A DNA stretch of 64,000 nt from Gammaproteobacteria bacterium (GCA_034002745.1 JAVEZY010000001.1:79428-143427); one strand, 5' to 3'; shown: positions 1 through 9,528, numbered from the stretch's first letter. Notes: a model not told the origin generated them from the letters alone. Numbers and translations: made by a program.

Positions 1-63
1 CAGGGGCCAGAGCACTCCCAGGAGTACGATCGCGATGCCGAGCCCGATGAGAAACTTCTGCAT
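1..63 (-). CDS. Partial CDS, N-terminus only (gene runs off the window start); small hydrophobic protein MQKFLIGLGIAIVLLGVLWPL...
   Basis: ATG (revcomp of cat at 61-63) opens a frame with hydrophobic residues that continues to position 1 without a stop. No obvious SD. Confidence 0.3.
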   Translation of the reverse strand, partial: MQKFLIGLGIAIVLLGVLWPL

Positions 64-89
64 GGGAGCGCAGCGCAGGAGGGAAAGGC

Positions 90-746
90 TCAGTCGAGCT
101 TGCGTACCCCATCGGCGGCGCCCAGCAGCAGGACGTCGGCCGGGCGGAGGGCGAACAGGCCATTGGTGACCACGCCCGCGATGTTGTTGATCCGCTGTTC
201 CAGCGCTGCCGGCTCGATGATCTGGAGATTGTGGACATCCAGGATCAGGTTGCCGTTGTCGGTGACGAAGCCCTCGCGCAGCACCGGCGTGCCGCCGAGC
301 TTCACCATCTGGCGGGCGACGTAGCTGCGCGCCATCGGAATCACCTCGATTGGCAGCGGGAAGGCGCCGAGGACATCGACCAGCTTGGAGTCGTCGGCGA
401 TGCACACGAATCGGTGAGCTGCCGCGGCGACGATCTTCTCGCGAGTGAGCGCTCCGCCGCCGCCCTTTACCAGGTGCAGGTGTCTGTTGCTCTCGTCGGC
501 ACCGTCCACATACAGCGGGATGTCGCCGACCGAGTTGAGGTCGTACACCGGAATTCCATGCTGCTTGAGGCGCGCCGCCGATGCTTCGGAACTGGCAACC
601 GTGCCGTCGATGCGGTTCTTGATGCGCGCCAGCGCGTCGATGAAATGATTGGCGGTGGAGCCGGTGCCGATGCCGACCACCGATCCCGACTCGACGTACT
701 CCAGCGCCGCCTCGGCTGCAGCCTTCTTCTGTTCGTCTCTGCTCAT
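90..746 (-). CDS. rpiA: Ribose-5-phosphate isomerase A
   Basis: The ORF 90..806 translation matches RpiA from the internal Met ([39 protein letters not shown]...). The ATG at 744-746 is preceded by AGGGA. Divergent from ilvA, as in many gammaproteobacteria. Confidence 0.9.
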   Translation of the reverse strand: MSRDEQKKAAAEAALEYVESGSVVGIGTGSTANHFIDALARIKNRIDGTVASSEASAARLKQHGIPVYDLNSVGDIPLYVDGADESNRHLHLVKGGGGALTREKIVAAAAHRFVCIADDSKLVDVLGAFPLPIEVIPMARSYVARQMVKLGGTPVLREGFVTDNGNLILDVHNLQIIEPAALEQRINNIAGVVTNGLFALRPADVLLLGAADGVRKLD

Positions 747-842
747 GGGTGTTTCCCTGAAACCTGATGTCGACCCGATAATACCGGGCCTCCGGGGCCT
801 TGTCATTGGCGCTATGCAAGGCGCGCTCCAAATTGATAACGT

Positions 843-2369
843 ATGCGGATGACTAACGATTATCTTCGCAGAATTCTACGCGCCCGCGTCTATGATGTGG
901 CCAGGGAAACGCCGCTCGATGCCATGAAGCGGCTCTCCGGGCGACTCGGGAATACCGTACTGCTCAAGCGGGAGGACCTGCAGCCGGTCTTTTCATTCAA
1001 GATCCGCGGCGCCTACAACAAGATCTTCGCTCTGTCGCCGGAAGAGCGCCGCAAGGGCGTGATCGCGGCTTCGGCCGGCAACCATGCGCAAGGAGTGGCG
1101 CTGTCGGCGGCGAAGCTGGGCATCAAGGCTCTGATCGTGATGCCCGCCACGACCCCGGCCATCAAGGTGGCCGCGGTGCGCGCGCTCGGTGCGGGAATCA
1201 TCCTCCAGGGTGACACCTACGATGAAGCTTGCGCGCATGCCCTCGACGTCGCCGGGCGGCGCGATCTGACTTTCATTCATCCCTATGATGATGCGGATGT
1301 CATTGCCGGCCAGGGCACGGTCGCCATGGAGATCCTCAGGCGCGACGCGGATCTGGTGCACGCCATCTTCGTGCCGGTCGGAGGCGGTGGTCTCATCGCC
1401 GGCGTTGCCGCCTATACCAAGGCGCTCTATCCGGACATCAAGGTGATCGGGGTGGAGCCGGATGATGCGCCGACCCTGCACCGGGCGCTGGCGACGAAGC
1501 GGCGCGCCATGCTCGATCAGGTCGGCATTTTCGCCGATGGCGTAGCCGTGCGGCAGGTCGGCAAGGAGCCCTTTCGCATCGCCCGAAAATGCGTGGACGA
1601 GGTGCTGCTGGTGTCCACGGATGAAATCTGTGCCGCCATAAAGGACATCTTCGATGATACCCGCTCGATCGCCGAGCCGGCGGGGGCGCTGGCTGTCGCT
1701 GGTCTAAAGAAGTACGTGGAGCGCGAGGGCATCAGCGATCGCTGTTTGATCGCCATCGACAGTGGCGCCAACATCAACTTCGACCGGCTCCGCCATGTTT
1801 CGGAGCGGGCGGAACTGGGCGAGCAGCGCGAAGCGCTTCTGGCCGTGACCATCGACGAGCGTCCGGGCAGTTTTCTCAGTTTCTGCCGGATCATCGGCAA
1901 GCGCAGCATCACCGAGTTCAACTACCGGTACGCGGATCCGGAGCGGGCGCATGTCTTCGCCGGTGTGGAGTTGCGGCGCGGAGCGGAGGAGAAGGAGGAA
2001 CTGATCGGTGCGCTGCGCAAGCAGGGTTACCCGGTCCTCGACCTCAGCGACAACGAGATGGCCAAGCTGCATGTGCGCCACATGGTGGGTGGTCGCGCCA
2101 GCGATGTGTCGGGAGAGACGCTCTACCGTTTCGAGTTTCCGGAGCGGCCGGGAGCGCTGCTCGGTTTCCTGGGCGGCATAGGCCGACGCTGGAACATCAG
2201 TCTGTTCCATTATCGAAATCACGGCTCCGCCTATGGGCGCGTGCTGGTGGGGATCCAACTCGGCGCCGACGAAAAGGCGACGCTGCAATCCTTCCTCGAT
2301 AGTCTGGGATATGAGTATTGGGAGGAAAGCGGGAACCCGGCCTATGAGCTGTTCCTCGGCCAGGGCTGA
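843..2369 (+). CDS. ilvA: Biosynthetic threonine dehydratase (threonine ammonia-lyase) with C-terminal regulatory domains
   Basis: 508 aa with the PLP motif [11 protein letters not shown], conserved IlvA blocks, and tandem C-terminal ACT-like regulatory repeats. Confidence 0.95.
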   Translation: MRMTNDYLRRILRARVYDVARETPLDAMKRLSGRLGNTVLLKREDLQPVFSFKIRGAYNKIFALSPEERRKGVIAASAGNHAQGVALSAAKLGIKALIVMPATTPAIKVAAVRALGAGIILQGDTYDEACAHALDVAGRRDLTFIHPYDDADVIAGQGTVAMEILRRDADLVHAIFVPVGGGGLIAGVAAYTKALYPDIKVIGVEPDDAPTLHRALATKRRAMLDQVGIFADGVAVRQVGKEPFRIARKCVDEVLLVSTDEICAAIKDIFDDTRSIAEPAGALAVAGLKKYVEREGISDRCLIAIDSGANINFDRLRHVSERAELGEQREALLAVTIDERPGSFLSFCRIIGKRSITEFNYRYADPERAHVFAGVELRRGAEEKEELIGALRKQGYPVLDLSDNEMAKLHVRHMVGGRASDVSGETLYRFEFPERPGALLGFLGGIGRRWNISLFHYRNHGSAYGRVLVGIQLGADEKATLQSFLDSLGYEYWEESGNPAYELFLGQG

Positions 2370-2395
2370 GGCGGAATCAAAGCTCCAGAAACGCG

Positions 2396-2422
2396 AAAAG
2401 GCCCGCTTTTGGCGGACCTTTT
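2396..2422. terminator. Bidirectional rho-independent terminator between convergent ilvA and the H1-like gene
   Basis: Hairpin AAAAGGCCCGC-TTTTG-GCGGACCTTTT is flanked by a T-run on the + strand and, equivalently, on the - strand. A second hairpin lies at 2438-2460 (GCGGATTCG..CGAAATCCGC). Confidence 0.5.
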
Positions 2423-2479
2423 CGCTGCCCGGTTGAGGCGGATTCGGGATCGAAATCCGCTCTCAAGTCCGGTTACTGC

Positions 2480-2839
2480 TTAGCGCTTCTTCTTGGCAGC
2501 GGCACGCTTCTTGGTGGTGGCCGCCTTCTTCGTCGTAGCCTTCTTCTTCGCAACCGCCTTCTTCTTCGGGGCGGCCTTCTTCTTCGCTACTGCCTTCTTC
2601 TTCGTTACTGCCTTCTTCTTCGTTACTGCTCTCTTCTTCGTTACTGCTTTCTTCTTCGGAGCGGCCTTCTTCTTCGTCACCGCTTTCTTCTTCGGAGCGG
2701 CCTTCTTCTTCGTCACCGCTTTCTTCTTGGTTGCTGCCTTCTTCTTGGTGGTTGCCTTCTTCTTCGGAGCAGCCTTCTTGGTCGTCGCCTTCTTGGTTAC
2801 CACTTTCTTCTTGGTCGCCGTTTTCTTCTTAGTGGCCAT
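2480..2839 (-). CDS. Lysine/alanine-rich histone H1-like nucleoid-associated protein (AlgP/BpH1/Hc1-like), built from (T/P)KKKA(V/A) hexapeptide repeats
   Basis: ORF 2480..2890; the real start is probably the ATG at 2837-2839 (MATKKKTATKKKVVTKK...), preceded by GGAGGA. 119 aa, almost entirely K/A/T/P/V. Confidence 0.8.
   Translation of the reverse strand: MATKKKTATKKKVVTKKATTKKAAPKKKATTKKKAATKKKAVTKKKAAPKKKAVTKKKAAPKKKAVTKKRAVTKKKAVTKKKAVAKKKAAPKKKAVAKKKATTKKAATTKKRAAAKKKR
2486..2833. repeat. About 19 tandem copies of an 18-bp unit (gccttcttcttcgNNNNN on the + strand) that encodes the KKKA(A/V)(T/P) repeats
   Basis: The periodicity is directly visible in the sequence at 2500-2830. It lies entirely inside the coding region of the H1-like gene. 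Confidence 0.75.
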
Positions 2840-2863
2840 TTGTTGTCCTCCAAGTGTTGAAAA

Positions 2864-2905
2864 GCAAATGTAGTATAAACATCTTTGCACGTAAAGCTAG
2901 TATCC
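2864..2905 (-). promoter_or_regulatory. Putative sigma70 promoter for the H1-like gene
   Basis: On the minus strand a TATACT -10-like hexamer (revcomp of agtata at 2871-2876) lies about 30 nt upstream of the ATG, with a TTGCAT/TTTACG -35-like sequence further upstream. Spacing is imperfect. Confidence 0.25.
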
Positions 2906-3092
2906 ATGCAAATTTCCTGTCGACTGTGTATCGACGGGCAAAAAGGAATCTTGAGAAGCACGACACATTTTTTTTCGCGCATGGCGATCGCGATGTCGGG
3001 CCGGCGAAGGATGACGTGGTGTGGCGGGCGAATGCGTCGTGAATGGAAGTGCTGCAGATGCTATGAATAAAGGTGTTTTTGCACGCCGATTT

Positions 3093-3560
3093 CTACGTGC
3101 GACGGCTGGCGAGAGAGAGAATGAAACGCCATTCTTCGGCTTCGATCGGTGTCACGGAGAGACGGTTGCCGCGGCGCAGGATGATCAGTCCTTCCAGCTC
3201 CGGATGGCTGCGCAGTTCGTTCAGGCCGATGGGCGGATCGATGCGCTGCTGGTATTCCACGTCGACCATGAACCATCGCGGATCGTCCGCGGATGCGCGG
3301 GGGTCATGGTAGGGGCTGGCGGGATCGAGTGCCGATGGATCCGGATAGGCTTCGCGAACGATGCGCATGGTGCCGACGATGCCGGGTTGGGCGCAGCTCG
3401 AGTGATAGAAGAAGGCAAGATCTCCCGAGCGCATTGCGCGAAGATGATTCCGTGCCTGGTAGTTGCGTACCCCGTCCCAATGTTCGCGGCGATCGGGCCG
3501 GTTCATCAGGTCATCGATCGAGAAGGTCGAAGGTTCCGACTTGAGCAGCCAGTAGTTCAT
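3093..3560 (-). CDS. EVE (PUA-like) domain protein
   Basis: Internal Met MNYWLLKSEPSTFSIDDL... is the typical EVE/DUF55 N-terminus. The ATG at 3558-3560 is preceded by AGGAAGGA, and there is a 4-nt ATGA overlap with ygfA. Confidence 0.8.
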   Translation of the reverse strand: MNYWLLKSEPSTFSIDDLMNRPDRREHWDGVRNYQARNHLRAMRSGDLAFFYHSSCAQPGIVGTMRIVREAYPDPSALDPASPYHDPRASADDPRWFMVDVEYQQRIDPPIGLNELRSHPELEGLIILRRGNRLSVTPIEAEEWRFILSLASRRT

Positions 3561-4168
3561 TTCAGTGTCCTTCCTGTTCCGAACCGGTGCAGCCGCCGGT
3601 CGGTGATGCACAGATCCAGGGGAATGTCCCAGGGCGCGGCGTCGAGGGCCGCGACGCGTTGGAACTCATGGGCTACTCCACACAGTAGCGGTCGGCGCCA
3701 GGGACGCCGCCGGTTCAGAAAGGCGAGTGAGCGGTCGTAGTATCCCGCGCCCATGCCGAGCCGGTTGCCCTCGCCGTCGAATGCGACCAGCGGCACCAGT
3801 AGCAGGTCGAGCATCGAGGCCGACAAACCGCTGCCGATTCCGGCTGCCGGCTCGGGGATGCCATAGCGGTTGAAGCAGAGGCGGTCACCTGGTCGCCAGC
3901 GCAGGAATCGCAGACGGCCGGTCGGAAGAGCGTCGAGTACCGGCAGATAGCATTCCCGTCCCATGGCGTGGACGCGATGCAGCAGAGGAAGCACGTCGAT
4001 CTCGCCGTCGGCGGGAACATAGAAGGCGATCCGGCGCCGTCTGGCCAGGATGCCGCTGCCGAGGACGAAGCGCTGCAGAGCGCGGGCGGCGCGGTGCTGC
4101 GCCATCGGATCGATCGCGCGCCGCCGGGCGCGAATTTCCCGTCGCAATGCGCTGCGCGAGTGCTTCAT
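3557..4168 (-). CDS. ygfA: 5-formyltetrahydrofolate cyclo-ligase
   Basis: 203 aa with a 5-FCL fold signature (GMGAGYYDR, LPLLHRV). It sits directly downstream of the 6S RNA region, as in the E. coli ssrS-ygfA operon. Confidence 0.85.
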   Translation of the reverse strand: MKHSRSALRREIRARRRAIDPMAQHRAARALQRFVLGSGILARRRRIAFYVPADGEIDVLPLLHRVHAMGRECYLPVLDALPTGRLRFLRWRPGDRLCFNRYGIPEPAAGIGSGLSASMLDLLLVPLVAFDGEGNRLGMGAGYYDRSLAFLNRRRPWRRPLLCGVAHEFQRVAALDAAPWDIPLDLCITDRRLHRFGTGRTLK

Positions 4169-4192
4169 GGAAGGAAGGGGGGGGGCGAAACG

Positions 4193-4384
4193 AAGGGGGT
4201 ACCCTCCGCGTGCGCCGTCGGGGATCTTCGCCCTTGAACCAAAGGTTCAGGTGGGGACAATGGTGGCATCGAAGGCTTTCCGCCGTGTGCGGACTTGCGC
4301 AAAAATGCCAGCTCTCTGTCCCCTGGGCGGATGAATAGGCTCAAGAGTTGTTCAGATCCACTAACCTGCGCCGCAGGGGATACC
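4193..4384 (-). ncRNA. ssrS: 6S RNA (SsrS)
   Basis: Located between zapA and ygfA on the same strand, the conserved position. The minus-strand segment ...CACCUGAACCUUUGGUUCAAGGGCGAAGAUCCCCGACGGCGCACGCGGAGGGUACCC resembles the E. coli 6S 3' region (CACCUUGAACCAAGGGUUCAAGGG...GCGGCGGCA), and the 5' region has CUUGAGCC like E. coli CUGAGCC. The ends are approximate. Confidence 0.55.
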
Positions 4385-4411
4385 CTTGATCAAATGATCG
4401 ACCGGTTCGCC

Positions 4412-4735
4412 CTAAAAATCAATTTTTACGTTGCGGTTTTCGTCGATGAGGCTTTGCATGCGGGATTGCAGCGCGCCGAGTCGCGGCAGTACCGTCGTTC
4501 CGACTCTATCCTCGCGCGCCTGCTGCCTGAGCAGTTCGTTGGCTACGTTGAGGCCGGCCATGACCGCGATGCGATCCAGGCCGATCACCTTGCCGGTGTC
4601 CCGCACTTCCCGCATGCGTTCATTGAGGTAGCGGGCGGCCGCCAGCAGGGACTCGCGTTCCTCGGGCGGGCAGGCCACACGGAATTCCTTGTCGAGAATG
4701 CGGATCGTGACCGGCTCGACGTCGCGCTCCGTCAC
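4412..4735 (-). CDS. zapA: Cell division protein ZapA
   Basis: 107 aa (MTERDVEPVTIRILDKEFRVACPPEERESLL...) upstream of ssrS-ygfA, as in E. coli and Pseudomonas. Confidence 0.85.
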   Translation of the reverse strand: MTERDVEPVTIRILDKEFRVACPPEERESLLAAARYLNERMREVRDTGKVIGLDRIAVMAGLNVANELLRQQAREDRVGTTVLPRLGALQSRMQSLIDENRNVKIDF

Positions 4736-4965
4736 AGCTCGGTCTCCAGCACTTTGAGCCGCGAGATCATGGTTTCGATCCGGCGGCGGGTGTGTTCACC
4801 GCTTTCCACCAGGCGTTGCTGGTTCGCTTCGGTACCGGCGAGCCTGATCCGCAGGCTCCGGTTCTCGTCACGCAGGCTCTCGCAGATGTTGATGAGCTCT
4901 TCGATCCGGTCGGCCAGCTGCTCCAGATCGACCATTTCGACTGCGTTTATTCGCTTTGACGTCAT
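4732..4965 (-). CDS. Coiled-coil cell-division protein, ZapB-like (TIGR02449-type)
   Basis: ORF 4732..5268; the real start is probably the ATG at 4963-4965 (MTSKRINAVEMVDLEQLADRIEELINICESLRDENRSLR..., 77 aa, coiled coil). It overlaps the zapA start by 4 nt. Confidence 0.6.
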   Translation of the reverse strand: MTSKRINAVEMVDLEQLADRIEELINICESLRDENRSLRIRLAGTEANQQRLVESGEHTRRRIETMISRLKVLETEL

Positions 4966-5117
4966 GCCGCCACTATAGTGGCGCGCCGATTTTCGGTCAA
5001 CGCCCGCTGCTCCGAGCCACCCGAAGACGCTGTTGCGTGATGGGACGTCGCCGGCTCCGTTCTTTTTCTTTATCATTCGAGCATAGAGCCGCCCCCGCTG
5101 GCATCGGATGGAGAAAG

Positions 5118-5720
5118 ATGAAGAATTTGTTACAGATGGACAGGGCCTTCGAGCGGCTCGGCGCGGCCGAGAATGCTCCGGAGAATCACGGCATCCTGTG
5201 CGGCCTGCTGTGCGCGCGGGGCGGGGTGGCCCATTCCGAGTGGCTGACGATCGCTGCCGCAGCAGCACAATCGGACGCGGAGGGCGACGCGGCCGCCATG
5301 GAAGGATCGGGGGCCCAGGCGTTGTCCGCAGCCGAGGCCGCCGCGCTAAAGGCGCTGTATGACGATACGGTCGCGCGCCTGCGATCGGGCGAAGGGCTGT
5401 TCAGTCCATTGTTGCCTGACGATGATCAGCCGCTGATGGCGCGTTCCGTCGCCATGGCGGACTGGTGCGGCGGATTCCTTTATGGTCTGGCGGCCGGCGG
5501 TATCGACGACCTGTCGGCCCTGCCCGCCGATGTTCAGGAAATCGCCGATGATCTCACCGAGATATCGCACGCAGGCATCGACGACGAAGGCAGCGAAGAA
5601 GACGAAGTCGCGTATGCCGAGTTGGTGGAGTATCTGCGCGCTGGCGTTACCCTGGTATACGAGATCCTCGAGGCCGAGCGTGGCTCTGCCGCGGACGCGG
5701 GCGACAGGACGATTCATTGA
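5118..5720 (+). CDS. ygfB: UPF0149 family protein YgfB
   Basis: Internal start MKNLLQMDRAFERLGAAENAPENHGILCGLLCA... (ATG at 5118, preceded by GGAGAAAG). Divergent from zapA and upstream of pepP, as in E. coli. Confidence 0.8.
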   Translation: MKNLLQMDRAFERLGAAENAPENHGILCGLLCARGGVAHSEWLTIAAAAAQSDAEGDAAAMEGSGAQALSAAEAAALKALYDDTVARLRSGEGLFSPLLPDDDQPLMARSVAMADWCGGFLYGLAAGGIDDLSALPADVQEIADDLTEISHAGIDDEGSEEDEVAYAELVEYLRAGVTLVYEILEAERGSAADAGDRTIH

Positions 5721-5731
5721 GCGCCGCGGCG

Positions 5732-7072
5732 ATGGCTAAGACTAAGATCAGTGACGGCCAGCGGGCTTACAGGAGGCGCCGCCAGCGCCTGATGCGTTCC
5801 ATGGGCCGAGGCGGCGTGGCTGTGTTGCCCACCGCCCCGGTGCGCGTCCGCAATCGTGACACCGAGTACCCGTTCCGCCACGACTCCGATTTCTGCTATC
5901 TGACCGGCTTCCGCGAGCCGGAGGCCGTCATGGTGCTGGCGCCCGGCCGCCCGGAAGGCGAGTACATTCTCTTCTGCCGCGAGCGCGATCCGGACATGGA
6001 GCTGTGGAACGGGCGGCGGGCCGGAACGGAGGGCGCGCGCCAGCATTACGGAGCTGATCAGGCCCTGCCGATCAGCGATCTGGACCGGATGCTTCCGGAC
6101 CTGCTTGCCAACCGGGAGCAGCTTTACTATACGCTCGGCAAGGAGGCGGGCTTCGACGCTCGGCTGACCGAGGCGCTGCAGACGGTGCGGCGTCGCGTCC
6201 GCACCGGCGTGCGGGCGCCCGCCGCGATCGTGTCGCTCGAGCATCTGGTGCATGAGATGCGGCTGTTCAAGGATGTGGACGAGCGGGCACTCATGCGCAA
6301 GGCGGCACAGATCTCTGCCGCAGCCCACCGGCGCGCGATGGCAATCTGCCGGCCGGGTATGCCGGAGCATCGCCTCGAAGCCGAGCTGATCCATGAATTC
6401 GTCGCCCAGGGCGCGCGTCATCCGGCATATGCATCCATCGTGGGCGGTGGAGCGAACGCCTGCATCCTCCACTACACGGAGAATTCGGATCCGCTGCGCG
6501 ATGGCGATCTCGTCCTGATAGACGCCGGCGCCGAGTACGAAGGTTACGCCGCGGACATCACCCGGACCTTTCCGGTGAACGGCCGCTTCAGCGAAGCGCA
6601 GCGCCAACTCTATGCGCTCGTCCTTGCCGCGCAACGCGCGGCGATTGCCAAGGCGGTGCCCGGCAATCGCTGGAACGAGCCACATGATGCGGCGGTTCGG
6701 GTGCTGACCCGCGGGCTGGTGCGCCTCGGTCTGCTCAAGGGCGATGTGCGTGAACTGATCCGCAAGGGAGCGTATCGCAAGTTCTACATGCATCGCACCG
6801 GCCATTGGCTGGGTATGGACGTGCATGACGTCGGTGAATACCGGATCGGAGACCGCTGGCGGCCGCTGGAGCCGGGCATGGTGCTTACCGTCGAGCCCGG
6901 TCTCTACGTGCGCGGCGGGACCCGCGGGATCGCCAAGCGCTGGTGGGACATTGGCATCCGCATCGAGGACGACGTGCTGATAACGCGCTCCGGCAACGAA
7001 GTGCTGACCGCCGGCGTTCCCAAGGAGATGGACGAAATCGAGGCGCTGATGGCCGCTGGCAAGAGCGGATGA
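5732..7072 (+). CDS. pepP: Xaa-Pro aminopeptidase
   Basis: M24B family. N-terminal AMP_N region, metal ligands HGxxHxLGxxVHD (HRTGHWLGMDVHD) and LEPGMVLTVEPG. The ORF track starts at TTG 5717; ATG 5732 (MAKTKISDGQ...) is preferred. Confidence 0.9.
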   Translation: MAKTKISDGQRAYRRRRQRLMRSMGRGGVAVLPTAPVRVRNRDTEYPFRHDSDFCYLTGFREPEAVMVLAPGRPEGEYILFCRERDPDMELWNGRRAGTEGARQHYGADQALPISDLDRMLPDLLANREQLYYTLGKEAGFDARLTEALQTVRRRVRTGVRAPAAIVSLEHLVHEMRLFKDVDERALMRKAAQISAAAHRRAMAICRPGMPEHRLEAELIHEFVAQGARHPAYASIVGGGANACILHYTENSDPLRDGDLVLIDAGAEYEGYAADITRTFPVNGRFSEAQRQLYALVLAAQRAAIAKAVPGNRWNEPHDAAVRVLTRGLVRLGLLKGDVRELIRKGAYRKFYMHRTGHWLGMDVHDVGEYRIGDRWRPLEPGMVLTVEPGLYVRGGTRGIAKRWWDIGIRIEDDVLITRSGNEVLTAGVPKEMDEIEALMAAGKSG

Positions 7073-8292
7073 ACGCGACCGTCTATGACGTCGCGGTGGT
7101 GGGCGGCGGACTGGTGGGCGCCAGTCTGGCCTGTGCGCTCGCCGGGCGGGCACTGCGGGTGGCGGTCATCGAATCGGTTCCGTTCGACGCGGATTCGCAG
7201 CCAAGCTATGACGACCGCAGCGTGGCGCTTGCCCGTGGCACGCGCAACATCTTCGAGAGCATTGGCCTGTGGTCCGACATCGGCCCGGACGCTGGCCCGA
7301 TCCGTGAGATCCACGTTTCCGACCGCGGTCACTTCGGTGCGGCGCGGATGCGCGCCGCCGACTACGGTCACGATGCCTTGGGCTATGTGGTCGAGAACCG
7401 GGTGCTGGGGCGGGTCTTCAGTGCGGCGCTCGGGCGCGCCCAAAACATCGACCTGTTCTGTCCGGCGCGCCTGGATCGTCTCGATGGCGACGCATCCGCT
7501 GCCCGGCTGGATATCACGCATGAGGGTGACAGACAGACGCTCACGGCCCGGCTCGTGGTCGGAGCCGACGGCGGTGATTCGCAGGTGCGCCGGCTTGCGG
7601 GTATCGGTGCGAAGCGGGTGGACTACGGACAGACCGCGGTGATCGCCAACATCACTCCGCAGATCGCGCATGGAAACCGCGCCTGGGAGCGCTTCACCGA
7701 AAGCGGGCCGCTCGCGATGCTGCCGATGGCGGATGAACGCTGCTCTCTGGTATGGACTGCGCGCAATGAAGATGTCGACCGATTGCTCGCCCTCAGCGAC
7801 GCCGAATTCCTGCGTGCGCTGCAGGACCGTTTCGGCAATCGCCTCGGCAGACTGGTGCGCGCCGGGGCGCGTCATGCCTATCCGCTGGCCATGATGCGCG
7901 CCGAGCGTTGCACCGGGACGCGCCTGGCGCTGGCCGGCAACGCCGCGCATACGGTGCATCCCGTCGCCGGCCAGGGGTTCAATCTCGGGATGCGCGATGT
8001 GGCGGTACTCGCCGAGCTGATCGGCGATGCCTGCGCCCGGGGCGGCGACCCGGGAGCCGCCGATGTGCTGCGCGGATACGAGCAGTGGCGCGCGGGGGAC
8101 CATCGTCGTGTCATCGGATTCACCGACACGCTGGCCCGGGTCTTTGCCAGCGAGTTTCCTCCGCTGGTGATCGCGCGAAATATGGGTCTTGTTGCCTTTG
8201 ATCTCATTCCACCGCTCAAGAAGGCGCTGATGCGCTACAGCATGGGCTTCGCCGGACGCCTGCCGCGCCCGGCGCGCGATCTGCCGGTATGA
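7069..8292 (+). CDS. ubiH: FAD-dependent 2-octaprenyl-6-methoxyphenol hydroxylase
   Basis: Start MNATVYDVAVVGGGLVGASLA (GxGxxG) with an ATGA overlap with the pepP stop. UbiH/Coq6 family, in the pepP-ubiH-ubiI synteny. Confidence 0.85.
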   Translation: MNATVYDVAVVGGGLVGASLACALAGRALRVAVIESVPFDADSQPSYDDRSVALARGTRNIFESIGLWSDIGPDAGPIREIHVSDRGHFGAARMRAADYGHDALGYVVENRVLGRVFSAALGRAQNIDLFCPARLDRLDGDASAARLDITHEGDRQTLTARLVVGADGGDSQVRRLAGIGAKRVDYGQTAVIANITPQIAHGNRAWERFTESGPLAMLPMADERCSLVWTARNEDVDRLLALSDAEFLRALQDRFGNRLGRLVRAGARHAYPLAMMRAERCTGTRLALAGNAAHTVHPVAGQGFNLGMRDVAVLAELIGDACARGGDPGAADVLRGYEQWRAGDHRRVIGFTDTLARVFASEFPPLVIARNMGLVAFDLIPPLKKALMRYSMGFAGRLPRPARDLPV

Positions 8293-9506
8293 GCATCGAA
8301 CGCTGCGATATCGCCATCGTCGGCGCCGGCATGATCGGCGCGACGTTCGCTGCCCTGCTCGCCCGCTCCGGACTGGATGTCGTGGTGATCGAGGCGGGAC
8401 GCATCGACATCGCTCCCTGCGCGAGAGGCGAAGGCCGCGTCTCGGCGCTCAATGCGGCGGCGGAGCGCATTCTCGGCGCCGCGGGTGTGTGGCAGACCAT
8501 CCGCAGCGACGGCGCATGTCCCTATCGCGAGATGCATGTCTGGGACGCCGTCGGCGGCGGACAGATCGACTTCGACTGCGCCGATATCGGCGAACCCCGG
8601 CTGGGCTACATCGTGGAAAATCGTTCCGTGGTGGATGCTCTGCTCACCAGCCTGAGGGATGCTGCCCGGGTGCGCTTTCGCGCCCCGGCGCGGGTGTCGG
8701 CGTTGCGCGATGCCGGGGACGCGGTGATCCTGGAGCTGGATGATGGCGGTCAGCTGGCGGCACGGCTGGTGGTCGGCGCTGATGGCGCGGGCTCGCAGGT
8801 GCGTCGATTCGCCGGCCTGGAGGTACGCCAGCATGACTATGGACAGCTCGCCATCGTCGCCGCCGTGAGCACGGAGCTGCCGCACCGCGATGCGGCATGG
8901 CAGCGCTTCCTGCCCACGGGTCCGCTCGCCTTTCTGCCGCTCGCCGATGCCCGCTGCTCGATCGTCTGGTCGACGCGGACCGCGCATGCCGAAGCATTGC
9001 TCGCCGCAGATGAGCAATCCTTCCGGGAGGAACTGGGCACGGCGTTCGGGCAGAAAATGGGCGCGGTCACGGCCTGCGGACCGCGTGCCGCCTTTCCGCT
9101 GCGTCGCCAGCACGCCGTGCGCTATGTGGCGCCGCGCATCGCGCTGATCGGCGATGCCGCGCACGTAGTGCATCCGCTTGCCGGCCAGGGCGCCAATCTC
9201 GGTTTCCTCGACGCGGCCGCGCTTGCCGAAGTCGTCCTCCAGGCGGCCGGTGAGGCCCGGGACTTCGGCTCCTCGCGCGTGCTGCGCCGCTATGAACGCT
9301 GGCGCAAGGGCGATAATCTCGCCACCATGTGGGCGATGGAAGGATTCGAGCGTCTGTTCTCCTCACCGATGCCGGCGCTGCGCCGCGCGCGCAGCATTGG
9401 CCTCGATCTCACCAATACGGCATTGCCGGTCAAGAACATCATCGTGCGTCGCGCCATGGGCCTGTGCGGTGATCTGCCCGCGCTGGCACGCGGTCCCGCG
9501 CTGTAG
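8289..9506 (+). CDS. ubiI: FAD-dependent 2-octaprenylphenol hydroxylase (UbiI/VisC-like)
   Basis: MSIERCDIAIVGAGMIGATFAA..., a second UbiH-family paralog immediately downstream with an ATGA overlap. It could equally be UbiF-type. Confidence 0.8.
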   Translation: MSIERCDIAIVGAGMIGATFAALLARSGLDVVVIEAGRIDIAPCARGEGRVSALNAAAERILGAAGVWQTIRSDGACPYREMHVWDAVGGGQIDFDCADIGEPRLGYIVENRSVVDALLTSLRDAARVRFRAPARVSALRDAGDAVILELDDGGQLAARLVVGADGAGSQVRRFAGLEVRQHDYGQLAIVAAVSTELPHRDAAWQRFLPTGPLAFLPLADARCSIVWSTRTAHAEALLAADEQSFREELGTAFGQKMGAVTACGPRAAFPLRRQHAVRYVAPRIALIGDAAHVVHPLAGQGANLGFLDAAALAEVVLQAAGEARDFGSSRVLRRYERWRKGDNLATMWAMEGFERLFSSPMPALRRARSIGLDLTNTALPVKNIIVRRAMGLCGDLPALARGPAL

Positions 9507-9528
9507 TTTTCAGAGAGAGTGCCCATCC

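Noticed and set aside
2486-2833. Tandem 18-bp repeats considered as a possible CRISPR-like array
   Set aside because: The repeats are contiguous with no spacers, and the period is 18 bp. They are in frame inside a CDS and encode hexapeptide repeats. No cas genes are present.
2493-2873. 126-aa Phe/Ala-rich ORF (AAFFVVAFFF...)
   Set aside because: It is the mirror-strand reading of the Lys-codon repeats of the H1-like gene (AAG/AAA read as CTT/TTT). It has no RBS and no biological plausibility.
5714-7153. 479-aa ORF on the minus strand
   Set aside because: It is antisense to pepP/ubiH. Its translation is Arg/Ala/Gly/Pro-rich low complexity with no recognisable domain, the usual artefact of a GC-rich coding strand. 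The + strand encodes conserved PepP.
9178-9528. 5' extension of the antiporter ORF (516 aa in the track)
   Set aside because: It overlaps the 3' end of ubiI in another frame. The first ATG after the ubiI stop gives a sensible TM N-terminus.
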